A program made the position numbers and the translations under genes. A stretch of DNA of 64,000 nt from Gammaproteobacteria bacterium (GTDB taxonomy: Bacteria; Pseudomonadota; Gammaproteobacteria; Ga0077536). The stretch lies in assembly GCA_963662545.2 (NCBI GenBank), contig CAXXLL010000002.1, forward strand, positions 416,001-480,000, written 5' to 3'. The first letter of the stretch is position 1, and every line of letters starts with the position of its first letter. The notes below the pieces were generated by a model, which saw only the letters and a program-made list of their open reading frames with translations, ran no database searches and was not told the origin of the DNA. This document shows positions 53,955-64,000 of the stretch, one piece after another.

Positions 53955-54521
53955 TTACGGCATTTCGTCCAACGCGGGCAGCACGGTCATGATGAATACC
54001 TGGTTCTGTACGTCCGCACCGCCGGCATCGTCTGCGCGGACGGAACGTTCCTCCCACTGCAGCTTGATCGCGTACACATTACCGTTGTCGTCGCAGGCCC
54101 AGTTCGAGGCGTCGCCGTCGTTGGGAGTCGCGTCGCGGCAGACCACGCCGACGCCCAGGGGCAGCACCCCGGCGTTGGATTGCTGCGGCTGGCCGGTGGT
54201 CGTTTGGTTCCACGTAACGAGGTCGAAGGTTGCGCGGGCTTGCGCATCGCAGACCGTCGTCGAGCAATCGGTTGGAAACGAAGTCGGCATGCTGGTGGTC
54301 ACATTGTAAAAACCGTTGCGCACGCCAAACTCATTCGCCCGCATGAGATCGGCCATCGATTCCGCCTGCATGGTCCCGGCGGAACGCAGTTGCGAGCCGT
54401 GGGTGAACCGCATGCCGGCGATTTGCAGGCCGGCAATGCCGAGCAGGCCGATCGCAAAGATCACGATCGCGATCAGCACTTCGATCAGCGTGAATCCTTG
54501 ATGAAGGCGGGCTACGGACAT
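53955..54521 (-). CDS. pilV: Type IV pilus modification protein PilV
   Basis: GFTLIEVLIAIVIFAIGLLGIAGLQ, MADLMRAN. Confidence 0.9.
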   Translation of the reverse strand: MSVARLHQGFTLIEVLIAIVIFAIGLLGIAGLQIAGMRFTHGSQLRSAGTMQAESMADLMRANEFGVRNGFYNVTTSMPTSFPTDCSTTVCDAQARATFDLVTWNQTTTGQPQQSNAGVLPLGVGVVCRDATPNDGDASNWACDDNGNVYAIKLQWEERSVRADDAGGADVQNQVFIMTVLPALDEMP

Positions 54522-55138
54522 GACAGTGCACTCCCGTTCGGTTGTTTGGCCAGGCTCGCTACGCGTCCGGTGCGGCTGATCGCCAGCGCCTTGGCGTATT
54601 GGGCGCCGCGGAAGTCGCACAGAGTGAAAAAGGTGTTGGCGTTATTGCAGGTTTCGAGCGTCGTGATATCGCCATCCGTATTGCAGCGCAGCGAGCCGTC
54701 GCCCACGTAAGCAAGGAAATCGGGCGCGCCGGCGCCTGGGGTCAGGATATTCGTACCCGGATAGGCCGCCTGGCTGGCGATGATGCAGTCGGTCGTGGCG
54801 GTCACCGCGCAATCGTCCGTACCGGGCGGACCGAGGTCGACGACACTGTTGTTGTTGCGATCAACGAATACCAGCCAGCCCTCATCCCAGGTTGTGCCGC
54901 TGCCGGTAGCTTCGCAGGCCGTGCCATTGGTCGAAACGCAGATGAGCACGCGGTCGTTCCGTTTAATGGCCTCGCTGCGCGCGATCGCCAGCGAGGTAGA
55001 CAGTAGGTTGATCTGACTGGTCAACCTGCTGTTTTGAAGGAATGACTGCATGCCGGGGACGCCAATACCCATGAGCACGCCCAGAACCGCGATCGCGACC
55101 ATCAATTCGATGATGGTGAAGCCGAGTTGTCTGTTCAT
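54512..55138 (-). CDS. fimT: GspH/FimT family pseudopilin
   Basis: GFTIIELMV, ARSEAIKR, WDEGWLVFVD. Confidence 0.85.
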   Translation of the reverse strand: MNRQLGFTIIELMVAIAVLGVLMGIGVPGMQSFLQNSRLTSQINLLSTSLAIARSEAIKRNDRVLICVSTNGTACEATGSGTTWDEGWLVFVDRNNNSVVDLGPPGTDDCAVTATTDCIIASQAAYPGTNILTPGAGAPDFLAYVGDGSLRCNTDGDITTLETCNNANTFFTLCDFRGAQYAKALAISRTGRVASLAKQPNGSALSCP

Positions 55139-55409
55139 GAGCGAAAGTATGGACAGTGCAGCGAGCCGTTGCCCGCCCCGATCGACGAACGGCGCGAATC
55201 TCGCGGCGAATGGTCGCAGCACCCGAAAAAATATGAACGGCGTCACACTCGTCGGTGCGGTTTCGTGGAAACTCTGCGGCGCGGTAGGCTGGCGACCGCG
55301 TTTCCGGCGGCCGCGCGCAGGGTGGACTCTGGGCAAAAAGTCAGAGCGCGAATGCAAATAATTCTCGTTTATTCTAGACAAGGTCTAAGCAACGCGTATA
55401 CTTCGGATC

Positions 55410-55841
55410 ATGGACACACACCGCGCAAAGCACCCCGTGACGCGCGACGTGATCATCGAAGTACTGCACGACCGCGGCATTTCAGCAACACCGCAACGCG
55501 TTGAAATTGCAGCAATTATGCTAGAAGAAAAGCAGCACCTCTCGGCCGACCAGGTCCTCACCCGCCTGGCGGGCGTGGAAGCGGCGGTTTCCAAGGCAAC
55601 CGTCTACAACACCTTGGGACTCTTTGCCGAGCGCGGGCTAGTCCGGGAAGTCGTCGTGGACAGCACGAAGGTGTTCTACGATTCCAATACGACTGAACAC
55701 CATCATTTCTACAACGTGGATGACGGCACGCTGATCGATTTCCCTTCGGACACGATCGTCATCGACCAACTCCCGGCCGCACCGACGGGGACGCAGACGG
55801 AAAGCGTCGACGTCGTCATCCGCGTACGCAAAAAGCCCTGA
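55410..55841 (+). CDS. Fur family transcriptional regulator (Irr/PerR-like)
   Basis: TPQR, HLSAD, SKATVYNTL, HHHF. Confidence 0.88.
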   Translation: MDTHRAKHPVTRDVIIEVLHDRGISATPQRVEIAAIMLEEKQHLSADQVLTRLAGVEAAVSKATVYNTLGLFAERGLVREVVVDSTKVFYDSNTTEHHHFYNVDDGTLIDFPSDTIVIDQLPAAPTGTQTESVDVVIRVRKKP

Positions 55842-55889
55842 GGGGACAACGCGAGATTCTGCAGCGCTTACCCAAGCTAACGAGCGTCT

Positions 55890-56161
55890 GGCCGAGGCAG
55901 GACGGGTTGGGGCATGTCGAAGCCAGAAGCGTAGCGCCAGGGATGGCGAATGGAATCCCATATGAAGCCGGAGTAGCTCAGTTGGGCGAGCCGGAAGAAG
56001 AGGAAGCCATAAAACATGGCTTGCTCCCGGCGAGCGCCCGGCCATGGAAGGACGGGCCGGTGCATGTCGAAGCCGGAAGCGTCGCGCCAGGGATAGCGGG
56101 CAGGCTCCCCTACGAAGCCGGAAGCGTCGCGCCAGGGATGGCGGGCAGGCTCCCCTACGAA
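55890..56161 (+). repeat. Nested direct repeats upstream of the tRNA-Thr fragment
   Basis: CGAAGCC(A/G)GAAGCGT(A/C)GCGCCAGGGAT(G/A)GCG occurs three times; extra 19-nt tRNA 5' copy at 55967-55985. Confidence 0.8.
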
Positions 56162-56201
56162 GCCGGAGTAGCTCAGTTGGTAGAGCAACTGATTCGTAAT
56201 C
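56162..56201 (+). pseudogene. 5' half of tRNA-Thr(CGT), a probable integration (att) scar
   Basis: GCCGGAGTAGCTCAGTTGGTAGAGCAACTGATTCGTAATC, then no T-arm or acceptor 3' strand. Confidence 0.82.
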
Positions 56202-56462
56202 TGGTATTGCGCCGGTTGCCAAGTGCTTGAAATTGCACAAATTCGTGTAAGACGATATTTCTCACGAATCCTCGCGAGAGCCTTTACGACCCCGCGGGTT
56301 GGCGATCGAGATAGCTGGTACAGATTGGGCTCGGTTCTGAGAGATAATTACGCGACGCTGCCAATTCGAAGATAAGCTGGATTTGGCGTTGCATTAGCAA
56401 TATTGCAAATCACGGCTCAAATGCCGTCTTCGAATAAATAAATATAAATAACGAACTGCCCG

Positions 56463-57398
56463 ATGCTCGACCCAGTTGAATTATTTCCGGAGGTCCCGAA
56501 CCTCTACGATTTCCCGAGTGTGCATTCCGATATGTTGCTTGATCGCCGCAGAATTTCGGCGTACCAACAAGCGATTAGCGAAGTCGTACAGCTAGGTGAC
56601 ACCGTCGTTGATCTTGGCGCCGGAACTGGAATCTTGTCATTCCTGTGCATTCAAGCCGGCGCCAAAAAGGTCCATGCTATCGAAAGAGCTTCCATTATCA
56701 ATTCAGCAAAAATAATTGCTTTCGATAACGGGTTTGCGGACCAAATTGTGTTCCATCACGGAGATTCAAGATCAATATCCCTTCCTGAAAAAGTCGATGT
56801 TATTGTCAGCGAGATCATTGGACATGTCGCCTTTGAAGAAGGAATGACCGCGGCGTTACTTGACGCCAGAAACCGCTTTTTGAAAAAAGATGGACAAATT
56901 CTCCCCTCGTTCGTTGATTTGCGCGGGGCATTAGTTAACGAAACACACGTCTACCATAACTACATTAGCAGTTGGGATACTTTCTTTGGATTTGACTTCT
57001 CTGCTCTTCAAGAAATCGCAGCAAAGACCGCTTATGTCACAGAAATATATTCTAAGGACCTTATGTCTGACTCTACGCGTCTCCTGGAGTGGAATTTCAC
57101 CGAACTCAATTTCGAGAGAGATCGCGAAATTGAGTTCGACTTGCCGGTGCTAAGGGATGGTCAGGTAAACGGACTAGCTTTGTGGTTTGAGGCGACATTA
57201 TCACCGTCAGTTTTCTTGTCTTCTTCGCCCTGGAACAAAACACATTGGGGGCAATGTTTTCTCCCCTTTCTAAAACCCATCGAAGTTCGGGCTAGAGAAA
57301 CAATGAAGATGGAGTTGAGAATGGCGATCGAAAGTCCAGTAAGTGGGACGTTCGAAATCTCAGTAGCGCCGCACCGTGAGAACCGTGACTGTGCGTAG
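56463..57398 (+). CDS. Protein arginine N-methyltransferase-like SAM-dependent methyltransferase
   Basis: HSDMLLDRRR..AY, VVDLGAGTGILS, double-E loop VSEIIG...EEGM, GLALWF, THW loop (KTHWGQ). Confidence 0.85.
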   Translation: MLDPVELFPEVPNLYDFPSVHSDMLLDRRRISAYQQAISEVVQLGDTVVDLGAGTGILSFLCIQAGAKKVHAIERASIINSAKIIAFDNGFADQIVFHHGDSRSISLPEKVDVIVSEIIGHVAFEEGMTAALLDARNRFLKKDGQILPSFVDLRGALVNETHVYHNYISSWDTFFGFDFSALQEIAAKTAYVTEIYSKDLMSDSTRLLEWNFTELNFERDREIEFDLPVLRDGQVNGLALWFEATLSPSVFLSSSPWNKTHWGQCFLPFLKPIEVRARETMKMELRMAIESPVSGTFEISVAPHRENRDCA

Positions 57399-60300
57399 AG
57401 AGCGGACATCTAAGACGAATATAGGCAATCAGCTGTCGTCGCGCCGGAAGAGTTTGAATAATAACGATAGAAAAACGGTTGTTCTTTTCGCCGACATAAT
57501 GGGAGCATCTGAAGTATCAAACCACAAAGGAACTAAACAGTATTTCGAGTTCGTTCGGGAATTTCAAATAATCTTTTGCAAAGTTTGTGAAACTCATTTC
57601 GCAAAGTTTCACGAAAAAGAAGAGGATTTTTATCTCTTCGATGCGCGAGGGGACGAGGGAATCCTCATGATTCTCCCTCCGAACGATCTGAAGAATGACA
57701 CATTTGCACGACATGTTGATTTAGCATTGACGATTGCGCTAGCGCTTAAACGCGAATGGCTAGCTTGCGACGAAAATCGCTCACGGGTTAAAAATCAGAA
57801 GTTACTGCCCGTAGACTTGGGTATCGGAATACATGTAGGGCACACATTCATTGAGGAAGATAGAACGTCAAAGCATGCAATCCGAAATCCAAGGGGATTT
57901 AGGCCGGAAGGCTATGCAATAAATCTTGCCAAGCGAGTCGAGGGGTACTCACGAAACGGCAAATTCACCAACATTTTTCTAAGTGAGGCGGCGCATGGTG
58001 CGTGGACCGGCGTTCCGGACGAGCGAATGGTCATATTCGATGAAATGCAGGTGATGGAACCGAAAGGCATTAGTAGGAAAATAGCTGTGTTCGAAGTTAA
58101 ACATCACTTCCTGCCGACCGATTGGGCCGACTACATCGATGTCGCATCAAAACGCGGTCGATCGTTAGTTGATACAAGAAAAATAGATCTTGAATTGCTT
58201 CACTCTGCTCATGCGCTTAACCCGACAAATTTGTGGCTTGCTGAGGAGTACATTCTTCAAAGCGTCGTCGCGAACTATTCTGGGATCAAGATGAAAGATA
58301 GGAATAGGCCAGAGTTCAGAAAGAAAGCTTTCTCCGAAGCTAAGGTAATAGCCGAAAATTTGGCCAACAGTGAACTTCGAGATCCTGGAATATTGCTAAT
58401 TCAGGGCTTCCTCGAAGGTGAGCAATTTGAGTTCGGAAGTGAACGAGAATTTTACGATGAAGCCGCGGCGGATCCCCGCGCAAGGATGGCGGAAGTTCAT
58501 TGGTATAAGGCGTTGTCGTATTCCTATCAAATCTTTTATGAATTAAACCGGTCAATGAAGAAAAGTTGGGACGATCTTGAGAGGAACCAACAAGACTTAA
58601 TCAAGCTGGCTTATAAGGAATTTGAAAAAGCCAAGAACTTTGATACCAACTCTGCGTGGCTGCCTTTTGATCATGTTTGTGAATTGGTTCGATGGGCAAC
58701 TAGTATCGAGGACACTAACGCGGGAATTGATCAGATTGAAATCGCTCATAGCCGATTGTCCGAGGACATAGCTAGTGTGCATCCCTAAACGCGATGCGGT
58801 TGAAATAAAAAGGAAAATTTGTCGCTTAAGGGATCGAAACCTCCGGTAGGTCGTGATCTAATGGAACTTCAAACCTCTGATTTTCCACACAATCATCGAC
58901 ACCACAGGAGGGGGAATGCGTCAGAAACGCACGGCCCAAGCGAGTATATACGAGCTGTTTGCTGACCATGACCTGGGGCGAGAGCTGCAGGGCATGTCCG
59001 AGTGGCTCGATGCTCACCCCAAGGTCCTCACGCCGGTCATGAACGATCTGTGTCGGCGGGGTTTGAAGCCCACCGGTCGACGCGGACTGTCGGCGGAGTC
59101 GGTGCTGCGCTGCGCGGTGCTCAAGCAGCACCGGCAATTGAGTTACGAGGAGCTGGCCTTTCACCTGCAGGACTCGGCGAGCTTTCAGGCCTTCGCCCGG
59201 TTGCCGGGTAATGAACGTCCGAAGAAGTCTGCCTTACAGCGGGTGGTCTCGGCGATCCAGGTATCGACGTGGGAGTCTATTCATCGCGCCCTGCTGGCGA
59301 CGGCGAAAGAGACGCGCATTGAGCCGGCACAGCGTGTACGGATTGATAGCACGGTAACGGACAGTGCCATCCACGCGCCGAGCGACAGTCATCTGCTGTG
59401 GGATGGCGTGCGTGTTGTGGTTCGTCTGCTCGCACAGGCGCGCGAGTTGCCTGGCGCGCCGGAGTTGTGCTTCGTGAACCACACTCGATTGGCGAAGAAG
59501 CGTGCGCGGGCGCTGTGGTATGCGCGTGGTGCGAAGCAACGCCAACGTCTGTATCGCGATTTGATTGGGGCGACGCGTTCAACCTTGGAAGCGGTAGCGA
59601 GGGTACGTGAGCAGCTGCTGAGCCCGGGCGTCACCGGCGTTGAACTGCCGGACTGGCTAGCGCAGGTAGCGCACTACGAAACACTTGTTCTGCAGGTGAT
59701 TTCGCAAACTGAGCGGCGGGTGTTCGGCGGTGAGAAGGTCCCCGCGAGCGAGAAGTGCGTGAGCTTGTTCGAGCCGCATACCGACATCATCATAAAGGGT
59801 GCGCGCGACGTTCAGTACGGACACAAAATCAATCTGGCTTCGGGGCGCAGTGGCCTCATCCTCGACGTGGTCATCGAGCGAGGCAATCCGGTCGATAGTC
59901 AGCGCTTCATGCCGATGCTCGAACGGCATCGAACACACTACGGGACGATGCCACGACAGGTCGCCGCCGATGGCGGCTATGCGAGCCTCGACAATCTCCG
60001 GGCGGCGAAAGCAGAAGGCATCGAAGACGTTGCCTTCCACAAGAAGCGCGGGCTCGCGATCGCCGACATGGTCAAGAGTCAGTGGGTCTATCGACGCTTG
60101 CGCAACTTCCGCGCCGGCATCGAGGCCGGTATCTCCTGCCTGAAGCGTGCATACGGATTGGCACGTTGCACCTGGAAGAGCCTGCCGCACTTCGAAGCCT
60201 ACGTGTGGTCTTCTGTGGTCGCCTACAACCTCAGCCTGCTCGCGCGCTATCAACTCGAATAGCGACGTTCACTCGCACTAACTGACCTCCTCGATATCGT

Positions 60301-60548
60301 CGAACGGGCGACTTTGGGTTGCAGCGCTCTGCGGCCGGCGAACGTACTCACAATTACGCTCGAAGAGCCCTTCGACCCCCACCGAACCGCCGCTACCGCT
60401 CCAACAACCTACTTTCAACACCTCGATTTCTCCGTGCCCATCGAAGAAAATGCCTGTTTATGGACGGACACTAGCTAATGAGATCGAAAACGAGGAGTAC
60501 CTCGAATCTGTGCGGGATCACCCAAAAATTCGCAAGTTGATTACATAG
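57376..60548 (+). pseudogene. Class III adenylate/guanylate cyclase-domain protein with a helical (TPR-like) C-terminus; last ~24 codons cut off by an IS
   Basis: FADIMG, RGDE, GIGIHVG, INLAKR. Removing the IS restores ...SEDIANEIENEEYLESVRDHPKIRKLIT*. Confidence 0.78.
58775..60471 (+). mobile_element. ISNCY/IS5-like element; transposase 58916-60262
   Basis: IRs GTGTGCATCCCTAAAC / GTTTATGGACGGACAC; 6-bp TSD TAGCTA; motifs RIDSTV, SLFEPHTDII, ADGGY, FRAGIEAGIS. Confidence 0.92.
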
Positions 60549-60570
60549 GTGATTACAAAGCCGGCGCATC

Positions 60571-61753
60571 ATGACAATCCGAAACTACGATACCCCTGCA
60601 ATAGTTTACGACGAGAACGTATTGCGGGGAACAGTAAATCGACTACTGCGTGCTAACGTATTGCGTAAATCGACTACTGCGCGGATGCGGATGCAAGTTG
60701 CTGTACTCTCCAAAAGCATGTGCAGTTTCAAGCGTCATGAAAACTCTCGGCGAGATGGTGATCGGCTTTTCATGTAGCTCTTTGAACGAATGCAAGCGGG
60801 CCCGCGCTCATTTGGGGCCAAAAGGTGAAGTGCATCTTGTAACTCCTGCAATCAAAGATCGTGACGTCCGAAAAATAGCAGAAGTTTGTGATTACGTTGT
60901 TTTAAACAGCTTGGCGCAACACGCTAGACTTACCGGAGTTCTATCCCTGTCGTGTCAAGTGGGATTGCGAGTAAATCCGCAACTCTCGTTTGCAAAAGAT
61001 TCGCGTTACGACCCGTGCCGTTCTGATTCTAAATTGGGCGTACCGGTAAATTCGTTGATACAGAATATTGAGGATCATGCGTTCGAGTTAGATGGATTAA
61101 GTGGTATCCACGTTCACAACAATTGTGAAGGGACGGACGCCTGTGATATCGCAGAAACAACACGGAAGTTGATACGCGGTATCCCAGGCATCCTGGAAAA
61201 AATCGCATGGATTAATCTTGGTGGAGGGTATTTTTACGACGAGTTCGAAAATCCCGAATTATTCGTCCAGACGGTCTCAGAATTGAAGGAGAGATTTAGT
61301 CTTGATGTGTATATCGAACCAGGCGCGGCCATCGTCCGTCAGGCAGGATCAATTATTTCCAGTATCGTAGATTTGTTTGAAGGAGAAGATCGGACAATCG
61401 CGGTGCTTGATACCTCGGTGAATCACATGCCGGAAGTCTTAGAGTATCAGTATACGCCCGATGTGGTTGGACATTCGGAAGGCGCACTACACGAATATGT
61501 GTTAGCGGGCTGCACATGCCTCGCTGGAGATCAGTTTGGTATATCGTGCTTTGATGCCCCCCTTTCCTTAGGAAATGAAATCGTTTTCCCAAACGCTGGT
61601 GCATACACGATCTCTAGGGCGAATACATTTAATGGCGTCCCGTTACCAGATGTCTACCTTCGTACTACCGACGGAGAATTGGTAGAAGACAAGGCTGCGA
61701 TCGTGGGGCGTGCTACAGACGACTTCGAGCTATTACCTCATGAAATTGCTTGA
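60571..61753 (+). CDS. nspC: Carboxynorspermidine decarboxylase-like PLP enzyme (frameshift near codon 28)
   Basis: TPAIVYDE, LLYSPK, GLRVNP, YDPC...SKLG, INLGGG, YIEPG, HMPEVLEY, GCTCLAGD. A local duplication at about 60653-60680 shifts the frame. Confidence 0.8.
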
Positions 61754-63083
61754 ATTCAGTTGCCGTGTCCCGGCGGTTCAAGCCCGATCGACTCTAATCG
61801 ATCACTTTCGCGGGGCCGTATCTTTTCATTCCAACGGAATGACCCCAATTCGGTTTGCCGTAACTTCGCTAGACGATGAAGGCTTCGACTGTGAAGTCGC
61901 AGCAGTTGATCAGACGCTTCTTGAAAGTGCATCAGATCAACTTTCGATCTTTTCGTTTCGACAACGGGAGTTTGAGAGCGTAGAGAAATTTAACGCCGTT
62001 ATGGTAGTTCCGACAGGAATCGGAGCGGCATACGGAGGACATGCGGGTGATTCAACTCCAGTGGCTCATGTCTTAGCAAAAAGTTGTGACACATTGATTC
62101 TTCACCCGAATGTGGTCAACGCGTCGGACATTAATGAGGCCCCCGCTAATTCTCTATATATAGAGGGAAGCATACTTTCTCGATTAATGATGGGGACAGT
62201 GGGTTTGAGGCGAGTGCGATCAAACCGAGTGCTGGTCGTGATCGACGGGGACCACGATGAGATGTTTACTAACGCCACTATTAACAGCGTTAACGCAGCG
62301 AGAGCAAGCTACGGGCTGGATTGTGTTGATGTCGTAAAGATGGACCCACCTGTCAAACTCAAGACCTCTAGTGCCAAATCGGGACGAGCAACTGGAACGG
62401 GGAAGAATATTTCTAATCTGATTGAAGAATTAGCTGCGAGAGAGGGAACATACGACGCCGTCGCGATAGCTTCAGTGATAGAAGATGCCGACGGGCAACT
62501 AAATGCATATTTTGAGAGCGACGGAAGTCTAGTTAACCCATGGGGAGGCATCGAGGCGATGCTGACCCACACCATTTCAATTCGATTTAACGTCCCGACC
62601 GCGCATTCACCGATGATGGAATCGAAAGCGGTCGCCGCTCAAGATTTGGGTATTGTCGAGCCGAGGATGGCAGCGGAGGCTGTCTCAATGACGTTTTTGA
62701 ATTGTGTCTTAAAGGGCTTGCACCAAAGCCCCCGAATCGTTCATGGCGCTTTTGATTTCGTAAATCCTGAAATTCTGACCGCATCTGATATCTCGTGTTT
62801 AATTATCCCGGATGGGTGTGTTGGATTACCAACCCTCGCGGCTCTTGAGCAGGGAATAAAAGTAGTTGCGGTCTCTGAAAACGAGAACCTTATGAAGAAC
62901 GATTTAGAACGCCTCCCGTGGAAGCCAGGTCAGTTGATTAAAGTACGTAGCTATTTTGAGGCTGCTGGCGTAATGAACGCTCTTCATATAGGGCTTTCGC
63001 TCGATACACTAAGCCGCCCACTTAAGAGTGTCGGAGTAAGTGCCGCATATTGGGCTTCATCGGTCCGCCGAAAGCCGGCATAG
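61740..63083 (+). CDS. DUF3326-domain protein with an N-terminal extension
   Basis: VPTGIGAAYGGHAGD, LHPNVVNAS, YIEG, PWGGIEAMLTH, PTAHSP, PRMAAE. Confidence 0.8.
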   Translation: MKLLEFSCRVPAVQARSTLIDHFRGAVSFHSNGMTPIRFAVTSLDDEGFDCEVAAVDQTLLESASDQLSIFSFRQREFESVEKFNAVMVVPTGIGAAYGGHAGDSTPVAHVLAKSCDTLILHPNVVNASDINEAPANSLYIEGSILSRLMMGTVGLRRVRSNRVLVVIDGDHDEMFTNATINSVNAARASYGLDCVDVVKMDPPVKLKTSSAKSGRATGTGKNISNLIEELAAREGTYDAVAIASVIEDADGQLNAYFESDGSLVNPWGGIEAMLTHTISIRFNVPTAHSPMMESKAVAAQDLGIVEPRMAAEAVSMTFLNCVLKGLHQSPRIVHGAFDFVNPEILTASDISCLIIPDGCVGLPTLAALEQGIKVVAVSENENLMKNDLERLPWKPGQLIKVRSYFEAAGVMNALHIGLSLDTLSRPLKSVGVSAAYWASSVRRKPA

Positions 63084-63294
63084 AATTCGTTACTGTCGAA
63101 ACCGGTAACGGCCCTCTCAATCTTTCGCGAAATTGCCCCTTTTAGGGAAAGTTCTAATCTGACGTTCCAGTAATCATGCGGCCTGACGAGCCGTGGTACA
63201 TCACGTTCCAATAATCGTTTTCGCGAAAGATAGCTTTCAAAGCGAGTTTCTCGAGATCGGATGCCTCGTCAGGGGCGCCGGTCATGGCGCGAGT

Positions 63295-63426
63295 TCAGGA
63301 ACGCTTGATGATCACGGAGGCGACATTCCCGGCATGCTTCTTCGCCTGCTTGGCTGCCTTCTTTTCTTTCGGTGTCAGTACGGCCGGTTTTTTCGCTTCC
63401 TTGTTGGATCGCTGAGGCTTGGACAT
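63295..63426 (-). CDS. Small lysine-rich protein (43 aa)
   Basis: MSKPQRSNKEAKKPAVLTPKEKKAAKQAKKH...; AGGGA RBS; resembles a common proteobacterial small-protein family. Confidence 0.65.
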   Translation of the reverse strand: MSKPQRSNKEAKKPAVLTPKEKKAAKQAKKHAGNVASVIIKRS

Positions 63427-63757
63427 AGTACGTATTCCCTATCACGTTGAAGGGACGCCCGAGGAGCGGCAGGAGGCGGAGCTAAAGGACATTTGCGCAG
63501 GCGTTTCGCTATGTCCTGCTCTGTAGGATGTTATGACGCGTTTCGACTATAGGCGTGTGGCGGCGCAAAAGCTAATTACTTGCCCGTATCAATCCTTAAG
63601 CTAATGGAAATTCGCGAGGGGGAGACATTGCGAGCTTATTTAAATCCACGACGATGTTTATGTTTGTACTCATTGGGAATGCTGTGACCATGGCCATACT
63701 GGGTAAGGCGCTGTGGCCGGAGGGCGGGAAAGAAGAATAAGAAGCGTCGATCAAGCC

Positions 63758-63820
63758 TGCGTATTCCGGCGAAGCCGATCACTAGTTCCAGCTGAAGCCG
63801 ATCACCTGTACCGGGGAAGC
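63758..63820. mobile_element. Isolated IS21-family-type terminus
   Basis: TGCGTATTCCGGCGAAGCCGATCAC, with GAAGCCGATCAC repeated. Confidence 0.6.
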
Positions 63821-64000
63821 CAGCGGCATCGTGCCGTCGAGTTTTCGTATTCTTCGACAACTAATAGGTCGTATCGAGGACGATGCGAGTGGCGACATCA
63901 AACCGCGTGAGTTCCACGTCGAGATTCCGGCTGCGCGCATCGAAGAGGCGGCGGCAGCGGCGGCCGTACTTAACGATGAGGTCTATTCAAAGTTCCCGTT
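63813..64000 (+). pseudogene. 5'-truncated M20-family metallopeptidase fragment; continues past the window
   Basis: EASGIVPSSFRILRQLIGRIED...FHVEIPAARIEEAAAAAAVLNDEVYSKFP, with no upstream coding part. Confidence 0.65.

Noticed and set aside
56040-56180. Possible CRISPR array
   Set aside because: The sequences between repeats are identical or near-identical (tandem duplication, not unique spacers), and there are no cas genes.
55638-56240. ORFs with repeated peptides
   Set aside because: Translations of the DNA repeats and the tRNA fragment.

Overview
A 64-kb stretch of a GC-rich chromosome, probably gammaproteobacterial (judged from the ispB-rplU-rpmA-obgE-proB / rpsT-murJ-ribF-lspA-ispH order and the fimT-pilVWXY1E locus). 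It has four zones. (1) 1-14.4 kb: a phosphonate pathway (PEP mutase fused to a nucleotidyltransferase, phosphonopyruvate decarboxylase, a cytidylyltransferase, a 2OG-Fe(II) oxygenase) joined to hopanoid-associated genes (squalene synthase, hpnG, hpnN, CDP-alcohol phosphotransferase, hpnA, hpnL-like). (2) 14.5-36.8 kb: a mosaic island downstream of tRNA-Pro(CGG). It holds an integrase-less array of attC-bounded gene cassettes in which each well-formed attC has been hit by a MITE or an IS, a second family of ~59-bp-period palindromic repeats that border cargo genes, an ORF-less group II intron whose exon-binding sites match the end of a MITE, and IS21, IS1182, IS1595, IS4 and IS481 elements. (3) 36.8-55.8 kb: housekeeping genes and a type IV minor-pilin operon. 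(4) 55.9-64 kb: an AT-richer island beginning at a broken tRNA-Thr(CGT), carrying an unusual four-gene run: PRMT-like methyltransferase, class III nucleotide cyclase (interrupted by an IS), NspC-like decarboxylase and a DUF3326 protein. All calls come from reading the sequence and recalling motifs; no searches or computations were run.
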